Assembly (NCBI GenBank): GCA_938083505.1
Contig: CALKCF010000007.1
Span: forward strand, 46,056 to 110,055
Direction: 5' to 3'
Source: an uncultured archaeon
GTDB taxonomy: Archaea; Thermoproteota; Nitrososphaeria_A; Caldarchaeales; Wolframiiraptoraceae
Length of the DNA: 64,000 nt
Shown here: positions 50,031 through 60,268 of the stretch, in pieces
Layout of the letters: the number at the start of each line of letters is the position of its first letter
Position numbering within the stretch: the first letter of the stretch is position 1
The notes under the pieces: model-generated
What the model was told of the DNA's origin: nothing
What the model saw: the letters and a program-made list of their open reading frames with translations, nothing else
Databases searched by the model: none
Made by a program: the position numbers and the translations under genes

Positions 50031-50794
50031 CTTTTCACACTCCTATAAATTCTACTATGCCTAATGCTATAAAGGATAACGGTAAATGATGATGCTATAA
50101 TATGGAACAACTTACTGAATGGTATGTACATTATCAGAATCTGGGCCGCAATCCCGTGCACGGCAAGCCAAACTAATGATGGTGTTTCCTTAAGTTGCAT
50201 CACTATGCCTGGTGATATTATAAGCATAAAGGGCTCATGAATATAAGGAGATATGCGCATCATGTTTCCAGCGAGAAATATTGTTATTAAAATGACAAGT
50301 GAAAAATAATCGTCAAAACCAGATATGCTTCTCACAGATCTATCAATTATTCTCCTCACTAATAGTAGACTAAAACCTCCGAGCAAGACCCAGCCAAGAT
50401 AGAACGGTAGATCTCTTACCAAAAATTGCTCGGGTGCTAACCATGCAAACCATGATGCTGACCAAACTCCAACGGGCCTCAGATGTCCAAACAGTATCAA
50501 AAATAACGAGATATGCGCTGAAAAAGACACGAGCCAGAGCGCAAAGGATTTGATCTTAGGTTTTATGAAACGACCTTGAAACAATAGCAAATATACAAAC
50601 TCTCCTATTATAAGTCCTATTGATCTAGCAGAAATTGGGGTTTTGGAATGTGTCTCCGTTCTTGTGTAATGGTATGTTGAGAACCACGTGTACAGCTTTA
50701 AAGATATTCCGAATAAAAATACTGCATAAGTAACCCAAGGTAGTGTTCCAAAGGTAAACCCCATCAGCGATGTTAAAGTAGCGTCCAAACCCAC
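50027..50794 (-). CDS. HdrE/NarI/DsrM-like b-type cytochrome membrane subunit
   Basis: About 5 TM helices with four His (SAH, FGH, AVH, PFSKLFH), LLVRR..VR..S..DDY. Confidence 0.85.
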   Translation of the reverse strand: MGLDATLTSLMGFTFGTLPWVTYAVFLFGISLKLYTWFSTYHYTRTETHSKTPISARSIGLIIGEFVYLLLFQGRFIKPKIKSFALWLVSFSAHISLFLILFGHLRPVGVWSASWFAWLAPEQFLVRDLPFYLGWVLLGGFSLLLVRRIIDRSVRSISGFDDYFSLVILITIFLAGNMMRISPYIHEPFMLIISPGIVMQLKETPSLVWLAVHGIAAQILIMYIPFSKLFHIIASSFTVILYSIRHSRIYRSVKR

Positions 50795-50956
50795 CCACCT
50801 ATTATTCGTATAGTCGACCTAACTTAACTCTAGTACACATATATTCTAAACAGAGCAATATAATAGTTTTTTGCTTGTATGGACTAGATACATTTGCGTT
50901 TATGTCAAGATGAAGGTTAAGTGCGTTATCTATGAATAATGATCAAGTGTTAAAAA

Positions 50957-51427
50957 TTAAAGCCCGCATTCTTTTTCAATGATCTTAACACATTTTGGTA
51001 CAGCAGCTTTCACACTCTCGCTTAACCCCTCTTGGTAGCAGCCCGGTTTTTGAATAGTTATCCCAAAAATCACTACTTCGTCCGGAAAAGATTCTCTATC
51101 AATAGCTTTAACGAGCTCGAGAGATGTTGCGAGGTCCATATCGTGAAAACCGATGAATCTTTTAGGTGTTGCTTTTAAGTCTTCAAGTGTCAATCTTAGG
51201 ATTTTTCCAGGGGCAGTATCTTCTTCAACTAAAGCGTCTATAATTATTGCTTTCTTATAACCAAGCATAGACTCTGCCACAGTTAAACCTCCAACGCATA
51301 GTTCTATGATGTCAACAAAGTCACCTAACCACCTCTTTAACTCGGATGCGACAATTAAGCCTACGGCATCATCGCCAAGTATCGGATTACCAAGTCCTAT
51401 TATGACTATCTCTCGCCTTCCCTTCAA
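50957..51427 (-). CDS. Hydrogenase maturation protease
   Basis: GLGNPILGDDAVG, IIDA, H. Confidence 0.93.
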   Translation of the reverse strand: MKGRREIVIIGLGNPILGDDAVGLIVASELKRWLGDFVDIIELCVGGLTVAESMLGYKKAIIIDALVEEDTAPGKILRLTLEDLKATPKRFIGFHDMDLATSLELVKAIDRESFPDEVVIFGITIQKPGCYQEGLSESVKAAVPKCVKIIEKECGL

Positions 51428-52884
51428 GGACGCTTTATCTCAGCTACGAGCCTTCCATTCGTATCATATATGCGTACATCAAGTGGTATTTGACCTGGCA
51501 ATGCGTGCGTTCCACAAGCCAAACATGGATCGTAGGCTCTAAATGCCATCTCTATCATGTTAAGTAAACCGTCGCTTATCTTACCGTAACTTATGAGCTG
51601 TTGTGCAGCCTTCTTCACAGACATACATATACCTGCGTTGTTGTGGGTCGTTGCAACTATTAGGTTAACGTTGGTTAATATGCCGTCTTGGTCGGTCTTG
51701 TAATGGTGTATAAGCGTACCCCTTGGTGCCTCAACGACACCGACCCCCTCGCTTGGGGTGTCTGTTAGAGGAACCCTGAAGTCCTTTCCGGTTATGTCAG
51801 GGTCTCTGCTTAACTCAAGCACCCTTTCAGCGGCATTAAGTATCTCTATAACCCTCGCCCAATGGTATCCAAGCGTCGCATGAGCTGGCTTACCCAGGGT
51901 TTCTTTGAAGTTTTCGTAGGCTTCTTGTGCAAGTGGTGTTGCAAATCCATCAGCTACATTAAGTCTACCAAGAGGTCCTACTCTATACACACCGGACGCT
52001 TCGCCGTCAACTATTCCTTTCCAACCCAAATTCTTTAAGTATGGGAACTTAAGATAGGTCCATGGTTCTACATGCTCGCCTATATAATTGAGATAGTCTT
52101 TTGGATGGAATTCTGCGTAGATTCTTCCCTTAGGATCTACAATCCTGATCTTTCCGTCATAATAGTTTACTAGACCCTTTCCGTCAACCAAGCCCATATA
52201 GTAGGTCGCATGCTTATACACGTCGCCCATAATTAGGTCAAGGTACTTCTGGTTCTTAAGAACGGCATCCTCGAGTATCTTTAGTGTAAATTGGCCGAAT
52301 TCCACGAGTTTTTTCGCTCCTTCTTCTATTTCTTTTCTGTCATCTTCTGTCAAAAGTTTAGAGACACCACCCGGAACGGCGCAATTCGGTATTATTGCCC
52401 TACCGGCAAGTTTTTCCAAAAGCCTCGTGGCAATCATCCTGGCATTTATTACCTTCTTTCCAGTCTCTAGACCAATCTTTCCAATAAGACCAAGAATGTT
52501 CCTTTCAGCCCTGGGTGCATCAGGTCCAACAACGAAGTCCGGTGCAGAAAGTGTATAGAATACTGCTGAGTGGTCATGTATGTAAAATATATTGTAGGCC
52601 ATTTCCCGTATCTTCTTAGCGGTCTCTGGCAAATTAGCACCGTAAACAGCATCCACTGCCTTCGCTGATGCCATATGGTGTGCCCACGGGCAGACACCGC
52701 AGATCCTTGGTGTTATTATTGGCATCTCTTCCACGGGCCTTCCTATGCAGAACCTTTCGAAGCCTCTGAACTCGACTACTTGGTAATAGGCATCCTTAAC
52801 ATTGCCGACCTCGTCCAAAAATATTGAAATCTTTCCGTGCCCTTCAAGCCTAGTTATAGGTTGAATCGTTACAACCTTCTTCAT
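51424..52884 (-). CDS. mvhA: Group 3c [NiFe]-hydrogenase large subunit
   Basis: TRLEGH, RICGVCPWAH, EAPRG, DPCLACGTH plus cleavable tail. Confidence 0.95.
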   Translation of the reverse strand: MKKVVTIQPITRLEGHGKISIFLDEVGNVKDAYYQVVEFRGFERFCIGRPVEEMPIITPRICGVCPWAHHMASAKAVDAVYGANLPETAKKIREMAYNIFYIHDHSAVFYTLSAPDFVVGPDAPRAERNILGLIGKIGLETGKKVINARMIATRLLEKLAGRAIIPNCAVPGGVSKLLTEDDRKEIEEGAKKLVEFGQFTLKILEDAVLKNQKYLDLIMGDVYKHATYYMGLVDGKGLVNYYDGKIRIVDPKGRIYAEFHPKDYLNYIGEHVEPWTYLKFPYLKNLGWKGIVDGEASGVYRVGPLGRLNVADGFATPLAQEAYENFKETLGKPAHATLGYHWARVIEILNAAERVLELSRDPDITGKDFRVPLTDTPSEGVGVVEAPRGTLIHHYKTDQDGILTNVNLIVATTHNNAGICMSVKKAAQQLISYGKISDGLLNMIEMAFRAYDPCLACGTHALPGQIPLDVRIYDTNGRLVAEIKRP

Positions 52885-53858
52885 TCTCTAACACCCCATA
52901 CCCTGCGCAGTATTGATCTTGGTAAACTATATCTGTAAAAGATTCCTAACGGGTCCTTTATCTGTAATATGATTTTTCTGATCTCTTCATCACTCATGCC
53001 TGTTTCAACCTCTAGCCCTATCACAGAAGACAGGGCGGATAACATCCTAGCACCTTGGTCTTGGGACTCTGGTGTCGGTCCCATGCAACCCCTACAAGGA
53101 ACGTTCACTGTTAGACATACGGCATCACAACCACCTCTAGTCGCAGGACCCATACAGATTATACCCTGCTCAAGGAGGCATTTCTCTGGATCTGGGATGG
53201 ACTGGTGATAACGCTTTATTTCTGTTATCCTTTTCTCCTCACGGATATGTTTACACTCATCACAGACAGACTTCATCGAACCGAACACTGTCCCTTTTGG
53301 TGGGAGCTTTCCAGAAAGTGCAGCAGTTAATACTTCATCCACCAACTTAAGGGGTGGTGGGCAACCTGGTAGGTAATAATCTACATCAACCACTTGATTA
53401 AGCGACTTAACGGTCTCAAGAAGTTCCGGTATCGTTAGCTCTTCACCATCAAGCCTTGTCAGCTTACAGGGTACCGTTCCCTGCTGATTAATGGTGCTTA
53501 AACTCTTTACGTATGCTTTTTGAAGAAGACCATCTTTTGAGGCGAAATTTGCAAGTCCGGGTATACCACCAAAACAAGCACAAGCTCCAAACGCTATGAG
53601 GTTTTTTGCCTTTCTCCTTGCAAGTTTGGCCATCTCTTTCGTCTCGTCATTGTTCACGGCTCCCTCAAAGAGTACAATGTCTATAGAGCCATCTGGTAAC
53701 CTCTCTAAGTCCTCTAACTTTAGGTCAACAGCAGTTGGCCAATAAGCTACCTCCACAGACATTAAGACTTCGATAATTTTCTCACCCAAGTCTAAGAGCG
53801 AATAATCACAACCAGCACAGTTTGCCCCAGGTATTATGGCCAGCTTTGGCTTGTTCAA
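52881..53858 (-). CDS. mvhG: [NiFe]-hydrogenase small subunit
   Basis: CAGC, GACA, PGCPP, CDEC, C.GP..CRGC. Confidence 0.93.
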   Translation of the reverse strand: MNKPKLAIIPGANCAGCDYSLLDLGEKIIEVLMSVEVAYWPTAVDLKLEDLERLPDGSIDIVLFEGAVNNDETKEMAKLARRKAKNLIAFGACACFGGIPGLANFASKDGLLQKAYVKSLSTINQQGTVPCKLTRLDGEELTIPELLETVKSLNQVVDVDYYLPGCPPPLKLVDEVLTAALSGKLPPKGTVFGSMKSVCDECKHIREEKRITEIKRYHQSIPDPEKCLLEQGIICMGPATRGGCDAVCLTVNVPCRGCMGPTPESQDQGARMLSALSSVIGLEVETGMSDEEIRKIILQIKDPLGIFYRYSLPRSILRRVWGVRE

Positions 53859-54295
53859 ACTACTTCTACCTCCTCCTTTAGTTTTTCTGCAATACGGTTT
53901 GGCCCTAACTTCTTTATCTGCTCGACAAATTCTTTCGCAATGTTAGCAAACCTTTCTCCTTCTGGTGCGGAAATCCATTCTAGCCTCACCCTACCTTTCT
54001 CAATACCAAATTGTTCAAGCAACTTATCCAGCAACAACATCCTTTTTCTGGTTTTATAATTTCCGGATATGTAATGACAATCGCCGGGGTGACAACCAGT
54101 CACGAGGACGCCGTCAGCACCGTTCGCGAGAGCCTCTAGTATATATACTGGATTAATCCTACCGGAGCACATCACCCTTATTACTTTGAGGTTGTGGGGA
54201 TACTGTACCCGACTTGTTCCGGCTAAGTCAATTCCAGCATAAGAACACCAGTTACATGCAAAAACCACTATATTTGGTTCAAAATTCTCTACCAT
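53855..54295 (-). CDS. mvhD: Hydrogenase [2Fe-2S] subunit
   Basis: CNWCSY, MCSGR, GCHPGDCHY. Confidence 0.96.
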   Translation of the reverse strand: MVENFEPNIVVFACNWCSYAGIDLAGTSRVQYPHNLKVIRVMCSGRINPVYILEALANGADGVLVTGCHPGDCHYISGNYKTRKRMLLLDKLLEQFGIEKGRVRLEWISAPEGERFANIAKEFVEQIKKLGPNRIAEKLKEEVEVV

Positions 54296-54300
54296 TTTAA

Positions 54301-56280
54301 TCACCTCGTAAGTGCCCTTACCATCGCTAAAATCTGATCATCACTGAACCCGAGCTGTTGGGCGGCTCCGGATGGACATGCGGCCGCACATACTCCACAA
54401 CCTTTGCACTTGCTTATATCAACACTTGCAACTTGCTTTCCATCCTCTTTCTTAACCAAAGATATAGCATCGAAAGCACACAAGGGTTGACATATGCCAC
54501 AACCGCTGCACAAGTCTTCATTAATCGAGGCCACGTAAGGTACGGTTTCTACATAACCCTTTGACATCAGCGCTATGGCTGAAGACGCTGCAGCACCTGC
54601 CTGAGCCACAGTATCGGGTATGTCCTTTGGTCCTTGCACCGCACCGGCTAGGAATACTCCATCAACAGATGTCTCTGTAGGTCTAAGCTTTGGATGCAAC
54701 TCTAACGCAAAACCATCTGGACCTATCGAACATTTTAGCAGTTTAGCCAATTCTTTGAATGTCGTGTGGGGGACTACACCAGTCTCAAGGACAACTAGGT
54801 CTGGCCTGAGTGTTACGACCCTATTTGTGTTTGCATCGAATACATCAAAATAGAGGCTTCCATCAGCGTCTTGCAGTATCTCCATCGGGCTACCTCTTAT
54901 AAACTTAACATTTTCATAATTCCTAATTCTTTCGTAGAACTCTTCGTAACCTTTCCCGAAGGTCCTAATGTCCCTATAACATATGTAGACTTCCGCATCC
55001 GGTATGTAACTTACTATATAGTAAGCATGTTTTATTCCTGCTACACATCCAAACCTGCAACAGTATCTAAGGTGTTTTTCATCCCTTGAACCAACACAAA
55101 GAATTATCGCAACCTTCTTCGGCTCCTTTCCATCACTTGGTCTTACTATGTGACCTTTCGTTGGTCCTGAAGCCGAGACTAACCTTTCTAATTCTAATCC
55201 AGTAATCACGTCTTTATACTTACGGTAACCATATTCCGGCATGGTCTTTGCGACATCGTATAAACTATAGCCGGTGGCTAAAATTATCACACCAACTTCC
55301 AGTTCCACTTCTTCTGGTTTCTGGTTAAAATCTATAGCTTTAGTGGGACAGAACCTCTCGCAGGCTCTACACGTCCCCTTCTGGAAATACATACAGTGTT
55401 CAGGGTCAATTACAGGAATAAGCGGTACGGCCTGTGGAAATTCAAAGTATATTGCCTTTCTTTTCCCAAGCCCCAACTCGAACTCGCTCGGTGCAGTCCA
55501 TGGACATTTTGTGACACATACGCCACAACCAGTGCATTTTGTCGCATCCACGTATCTTGGTTTCTTCAATAATTTAACCTTAAAGTTCCCAACAGAACCA
55601 CTGATGTCCACAACATCTGTATAGGTGCGAAGTATGATGTTTGGGTGTCTGCTTACTTCCACCATCAAAGGTGTTAGTATACATTGGGAGCAGTCGAGCG
55701 TTGGAAAAGTCTTATCCAATCTTGCCATGTTCCCTCCTATGCTAGGTCTCGTCTCGACCAGGTGAACTTGGAAACCAGCATTTGCTATGTCAAGTGAGGC
55801 CCTAATACCGGCTATTCCACCGCCTATAACAAGTGCTTTTGGTATTACCTTTACTTTCTCCACATTCAGCGGTTTTAAAAGCCTAGCTTTGGCGATTGCT
55901 GCATTAACTAGTTTAATGGCCTTATCTGTTGCTGCATCTTTTTCCTTTTCGTGAACCCAAGAACAGTGTTCCCTTATATTAGCCATCTCAAAAAGGTAGG
56001 GATTAAGACCGCCCTCTTCAACAGCTTTTTGGAAAGTTGGTTCATGCATTCTTGGTGAGCAAGCAGCTACGACGACCCTGTTGAGGTGGCGCTGTTTTAT
56101 GTCTTCGATTATCATATTCTGACCTGGCTGAGAGCACATGAATTGATACTCCTTTGCAACCACGACGTTCGGCACTTTTGATACCTCTTCAATAACTTTA
56201 TTTATGTCAACTACAGATGCTATGTTTAGACCACAGTGGCATACATAAACACCTATCCTGATTTCTTCACTTTCAACCAT
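54301..56280 (-). CDS. hdrA: Heterodisulfide reductase flavoprotein subunit A
   Basis: CHCG.NI, CSPRMHE, NIREHC, GGGIAG, LDKTFPTLDCSQC, HPKLRP, ferredoxin motifs. Confidence 0.97.
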   Translation of the reverse strand: MVESEEIRIGVYVCHCGLNIASVVDINKVIEEVSKVPNVVVAKEYQFMCSQPGQNMIIEDIKQRHLNRVVVAACSPRMHEPTFQKAVEEGGLNPYLFEMANIREHCSWVHEKEKDAATDKAIKLVNAAIAKARLLKPLNVEKVKVIPKALVIGGGIAGIRASLDIANAGFQVHLVETRPSIGGNMARLDKTFPTLDCSQCILTPLMVEVSRHPNIILRTYTDVVDISGSVGNFKVKLLKKPRYVDATKCTGCGVCVTKCPWTAPSEFELGLGKRKAIYFEFPQAVPLIPVIDPEHCMYFQKGTCRACERFCPTKAIDFNQKPEEVELEVGVIILATGYSLYDVAKTMPEYGYRKYKDVITGLELERLVSASGPTKGHIVRPSDGKEPKKVAIILCVGSRDEKHLRYCCRFGCVAGIKHAYYIVSYIPDAEVYICYRDIRTFGKGYEEFYERIRNYENVKFIRGSPMEILQDADGSLYFDVFDANTNRVVTLRPDLVVLETGVVPHTTFKELAKLLKCSIGPDGFALELHPKLRPTETSVDGVFLAGAVQGPKDIPDTVAQAGAAASSAIALMSKGYVETVPYVASINEDLCSGCGICQPLCAFDAISLVKKEDGKQVASVDISKCKGCGVCAAACPSGAAQQLGFSDDQILAMVRALTR

Positions 56281-57155
56281 TAGACCTTCACCTCCTCGAG
56301 TAAAACTTCAACCGGACTCATGTTTAGATTTATTCCTAGTTCCTTTTTATCTAAACCTAAAGCAAGACCTAATAATTGCGTATAGTAAAGTGCCGGAATC
56401 GAAATACTCTGGTCACCGGTTATCGTCTTAGCAGCATCTTGCTTTCCATCAAACATATCTATACAATATGGACATAGACTGGTTATTGCTCTTGAGCCCA
56501 CAGCCAATGTCCTTTTTATCCTCGTTGCCACAACTCTTATTGCCGCCTCCGGCGAGTAGGGAAGAATAGCTGCTCCGCAACATTCATATTTTTCAGGATA
56601 ATCTCTTGCCTTAAGACCTATGGCCTCTATTAATCTATCTAATTTTAGCGGACCGTTTCTTGTCTCTGGCCTCGGGAACTCTGTCGGTCTAACCAGATGA
56701 CAGCCGGGATGAGAGGAAACCGGCATTTCCGGCAACTTTCTCTTTATCGCGGATGCTATCTTCTCGACGCCTATCCTATCATGTAAAACTTCTACCGGAT
56801 GATAAACTGTTGCTCTGCCTGTGTACTCTAATCCCTCATCTTTAAGAAGCTCGTTCACAGCACTCATAAGAGGCGGATTCAACTTTAGCATGTATATCGT
56901 TTCCGTTAAGTTTAAATGACAACCGTTACATGGTGCAATAATATCTAAACCTTGCGACTCAGCCAACGCCATAATCCTTGCACAAGCATAATACGGATAA
57001 AACTTACTTATGCCCTTCATTGGAACTCCACAACAGTTCATATCTTTAGGATACTCTAATTCTACACCTAACAATGGTAACGTAGCCCTTAGAGACAACT
57101 CGTAACCATACTGCTTCGTTGCGGTAGTACAACCTAAATAAAGCAAAAATTTCAT
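56280..57155 (-). CDS. hdrB: Heterodisulfide reductase subunit B
   Basis: LGC, CCG, CNGC, HPGCH, CCG, CPYC. Confidence 0.93.
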   Translation of the reverse strand: MKFLLYLGCTTATKQYGYELSLRATLPLLGVELEYPKDMNCCGVPMKGISKFYPYYACARIMALAESQGLDIIAPCNGCHLNLTETIYMLKLNPPLMSAVNELLKDEGLEYTGRATVYHPVEVLHDRIGVEKIASAIKRKLPEMPVSSHPGCHLVRPTEFPRPETRNGPLKLDRLIEAIGLKARDYPEKYECCGAAILPYSPEAAIRVVATRIKRTLAVGSRAITSLCPYCIDMFDGKQDAAKTITGDQSISIPALYYTQLLGLALGLDKKELGINLNMSPVEVLLEEVKV

Positions 57156-57676
57156 TAAACAATCCCCTTTAGCTTTTCAAAACCTACTAATAAGACGTGT
57201 TGCTTGAATTTCTCAATATCTTTCGGTTTTGGCATCTCAGGTAAGCCCAGCTCTGTCCTAGAAACTTCTTCAAAATCCTTAGACATTATATACATGGGTT
57301 TCTGAATGTGGCCGAGCTCTAGTATGGATTTTGCCATTTCTACAAAGGATTTTGGAGGCGCTCTTCCCCTTACGATAGCCTCATTCCTGAGTGCCATTAC
57401 TACTTCAAACGGTGAGAGTCTTTGAGGGCAATATTCCGCACACTTTAAGCATGCCGAGCATGCCCATATCACGTCACTATTTATAAGCTCGTCAGAGTAG
57501 CCTGCCTTCACCAAGGCTACTATCTCGTGAGGTCTATACTTGTCAACGACCTTTGCAGCCGTGCATCCGCTGGAACACTTCATGCATTGATAGCATAATT
57601 GTGGCCTAAGCTCCTTTACTGTATCTTCCAAGGAGAATTTGAACGTAAGAATCAGCCTCCTACTCAAAATAAACAT
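57155..57676 (-). CDS. hdrC: Heterodisulfide reductase subunit C
   Basis: CYQCMKCSSGC, WACSACLKCAEYCPQ. Confidence 0.93.
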   Translation of the reverse strand: MFILSRRLILTFKFSLEDTVKELRPQLCYQCMKCSSGCTAAKVVDKYRPHEIVALVKAGYSDELINSDVIWACSACLKCAEYCPQRLSPFEVVMALRNEAIVRGRAPPKSFVEMAKSILELGHIQKPMYIMSKDFEEVSRTELGLPEMPKPKDIEKFKQHVLLVGFEKLKGIV

Positions 57677-57837
57677 AACTTCTTAAATTTAAATTTCAAG
57701 TATATTTATAATAAGCTTTATTAAAAAACTAATAATGTAAATACTTTAATTATCAAAAAAAGCTCTGGTCTGGTATTGATTAACATCGTTAGGTAGGTAT
57801 ATATTTATTAGATTGATGTTGAAGATGGGTGTAGTTG

Positions 57838-60129
57838 ATGAAAAATATTAGAGCAGAAATCAGGGTTTCGGGCATAGTCCAAGGAGTAGGCTTTAGACCG
57901 TTCGTTTATAGAATCGCTGTTAATAGGGGGCTTAAAGGATTCGTCCAGAACCTAAAGGACGCGTCGGTTAGGATAATCGTAGAAGGACCTGAATCAGACA
58001 TAAAGTCATTCTTAGAAGCTCTGGTTAAGGAGAAACCACCTTTAGCTCGTATAACCAAGAGTGACGTGAGCTACTTAGAGTCAAATAATGAGTTCGTGGA
58101 GTTTAAGATACTAGAGAGCTCAAAGCAAAGTTTAGTCGCAGGCTCTGTGATACCGGCAGATGTGGCAATATGCGACGATTGTGTTAGAGAGCTCCTAGAT
58201 CCTGTTGATAGACGATTCGGCTACTTCTTTATAACATGTACAAATTGTGGACCAAGATTCACTATAATATTGGACACACCATACGACAGGCAAAATACAT
58301 CCATGAGAGATTTTCCGATGTGTGAAGTGTGTATTTCTGAATATGAGGATCCCTTAAACAGGAGGTTTCATGCACAAACGATTGCGTGTTCCAAATGCGG
58401 TCCAAAAGTTTATCTAACAACCAATGATGGGGAGTTAGTTACATGTAAAGAACCGATAAAGGAAGCCGCTAAGCTTATTGACGAAGGATACATAGTAGCA
58501 ATAAAGGGGAACGGTGGCTTTCATGTGGCAACAGCAACGACAATCTCAGAGCCCATAATAAGGCTTAGGAAGGCTAAGCATAGACGACAGAAACCTTTTG
58601 CAATAATGGCTAAAGATTTGAAGACCATAAGATCTTTTGCTATTGTTAGTGAGCAAGAGGAAGAACTGCTCACGTCCCTAGCGCGCCCTATCGTTTTATT
58701 ACGCAAAAGCGAGGACTACTATCTATCTAAAGAGATAGCACCAGGTCTCCATAACATAGGCGTAATGCTACCATATACAGGCTTGCATCTTCTATTGCTA
58801 CTTAATAGTAAGGAGCCAGCGTACGTGATGACAAGCGCAAACCCGTCAGGTGAGCCGATAGTTATACAAAATCAAGAAGCCTATGTAAGAATCAAAAGGG
58901 ACGTTGACTACATGCTCCTTCATGATCGGGAAATTGTTAACAGATGCGATGATTCCGTTGTAAGGGTTGTTGACGGCTCTATAAGCTTTATACGCCGTTC
59001 AAGGGGTTATGCGCCAGAACCAATTATTTTATCATATGAATATAACAAAAATATCTTTGCTTTAGGAGGTGAACTTAACGTTACTGCTTGTATCCTTATG
59101 GGCGATAAGGCGTTCTTAACGCAACATATTGGTGACATAGAATGTGTAGAAACTTATGAGTTTTTGAAGTCGGCAATTCACCACCTTGCTAAGCTTACCA
59201 GAGCGCAGCCAGAAGTGATAGCTCACGATCTACATCCAAGTTTTCATACAACCAGACTCGCAGAGGAACTAGCTGAAAAGTTTAAGATACCAGCGTTACC
59301 TGTCCAGCATCACCACGCGCACGTTGCCTCAGTAATGGCAGAATACGGATTAGAAGAAGTTATAGGAATAGCGTGCGACGGGTTCGGTTATGGTAGCGAT
59401 GGCTTAGCGTGGGGTGGTGAAGTTCTTTTATGCGATGATAACGGTTATCGTCGTATGGGACATCTGGAGAATCATCCAATGCCAGGTGGTGATCTTGCGA
59501 CAAAGTATCCAATAAGGATGGCCGCGGGAATACTATTTGGGTCAAATTTATGTGAGGAATGGTTATTTTTGAATGCTGATAAACTTCCAAGAGGAAGATA
59601 CGAAGCAGAATTAATATTAAAACAGCTCAAGAATGGAAAAAATATAAAGACTTCGAGCGTTGGTAGGATTTTGGATAGTGTTGCAGCCATATTAGGTATA
59701 TGTTACGAGAGAACCTACGAAGGTGAACCTCCCATGAAGCTCGAGTCCGCAGCAATAGGTGGCTCGGACATCTTGAGGCTTAAACCAGAAATAAAAGGCA
59801 GGGTCTTGAACACAAAATGCTTGGTAGAATCAATTGCGGAAATAGCGATAAAAGGATTGGATCCAAAGAAGGTAAGAGACCTTGCTTTCTCAGCCCAGAA
59901 TTATCTGGCAGTAGGCTTAGCTGAGCTTGCATTGGAAATAGCAATCAGTGAAGGTGTGAAGAACATTGCTTTCACGGGTGGTGTGGCATACAACGAACAA
60001 ATAATGGCGACGGTACGGCGAATTGTTGAGGTTAGAGGTTTTAGGTTCTATACAAATACGAGGGCTCCACCCGGTGATGGTGGGCTCTCGCTCGGTCAAG
60101 CAGCAATCGCAGCTAAATTGAGCAATTAG
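57838..60129 (+). CDS. hypF: Hydrogenase maturation carbamoyltransferase
   Basis: VQGVGFRPF acylphosphatase domain, zinc fingers, QHHHAH, GDGGLSLGQ. Confidence 0.97.
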   Translation: MKNIRAEIRVSGIVQGVGFRPFVYRIAVNRGLKGFVQNLKDASVRIIVEGPESDIKSFLEALVKEKPPLARITKSDVSYLESNNEFVEFKILESSKQSLVAGSVIPADVAICDDCVRELLDPVDRRFGYFFITCTNCGPRFTIILDTPYDRQNTSMRDFPMCEVCISEYEDPLNRRFHAQTIACSKCGPKVYLTTNDGELVTCKEPIKEAAKLIDEGYIVAIKGNGGFHVATATTISEPIIRLRKAKHRRQKPFAIMAKDLKTIRSFAIVSEQEEELLTSLARPIVLLRKSEDYYLSKEIAPGLHNIGVMLPYTGLHLLLLLNSKEPAYVMTSANPSGEPIVIQNQEAYVRIKRDVDYMLLHDREIVNRCDDSVVRVVDGSISFIRRSRGYAPEPIILSYEYNKNIFALGGELNVTACILMGDKAFLTQHIGDIECVETYEFLKSAIHHLAKLTRAQPEVIAHDLHPSFHTTRLAEELAEKFKIPALPVQHHHAHVASVMAEYGLEEVIGIACDGFGYGSDGLAWGGEVLLCDDNGYRRMGHLENHPMPGGDLATKYPIRMAAGILFGSNLCEEWLFLNADKLPRGRYEAELILKQLKNGKNIKTSSVGRILDSVAAILGICYERTYEGEPPMKLESAAIGGSDILRLKPEIKGRVLNTKCLVESIAEIAIKGLDPKKVRDLAFSAQNYLAVGLAELALEIAISEGVKNIAFTGGVAYNEQIMATVRRIVEVRGFRFYTNTRAPPGDGGLSLGQAAIAAKLSN

Positions 60130-60268
60130 TGCTATAATTTTTTAATGTTAGGTTATTTTATAGACTCTAGATAATAAATAGCGTTATAAACGTTATAGAG
60201 TATCTCGAAGGGTTATTCAATAACTGAGAAGCAGATATAAGGCACCGCTGATTTAAATCTATGAACAT

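Noticed and set aside
40051-50813. Recurring CGTATA/TATACG hexamers in island intergenic regions (40054, 45305, 48718, 50807)
   Set aside because: Too short and TATA-like to call an operator without motif statistics
51424-57676. Evidence for methanogenesis or sHdr sulfur oxidation
   Set aside because: No mcr/mtr or CoM/CoB genes in the window; Hdr is the canonical CBA type linked to Mvh, not the sHdr layout
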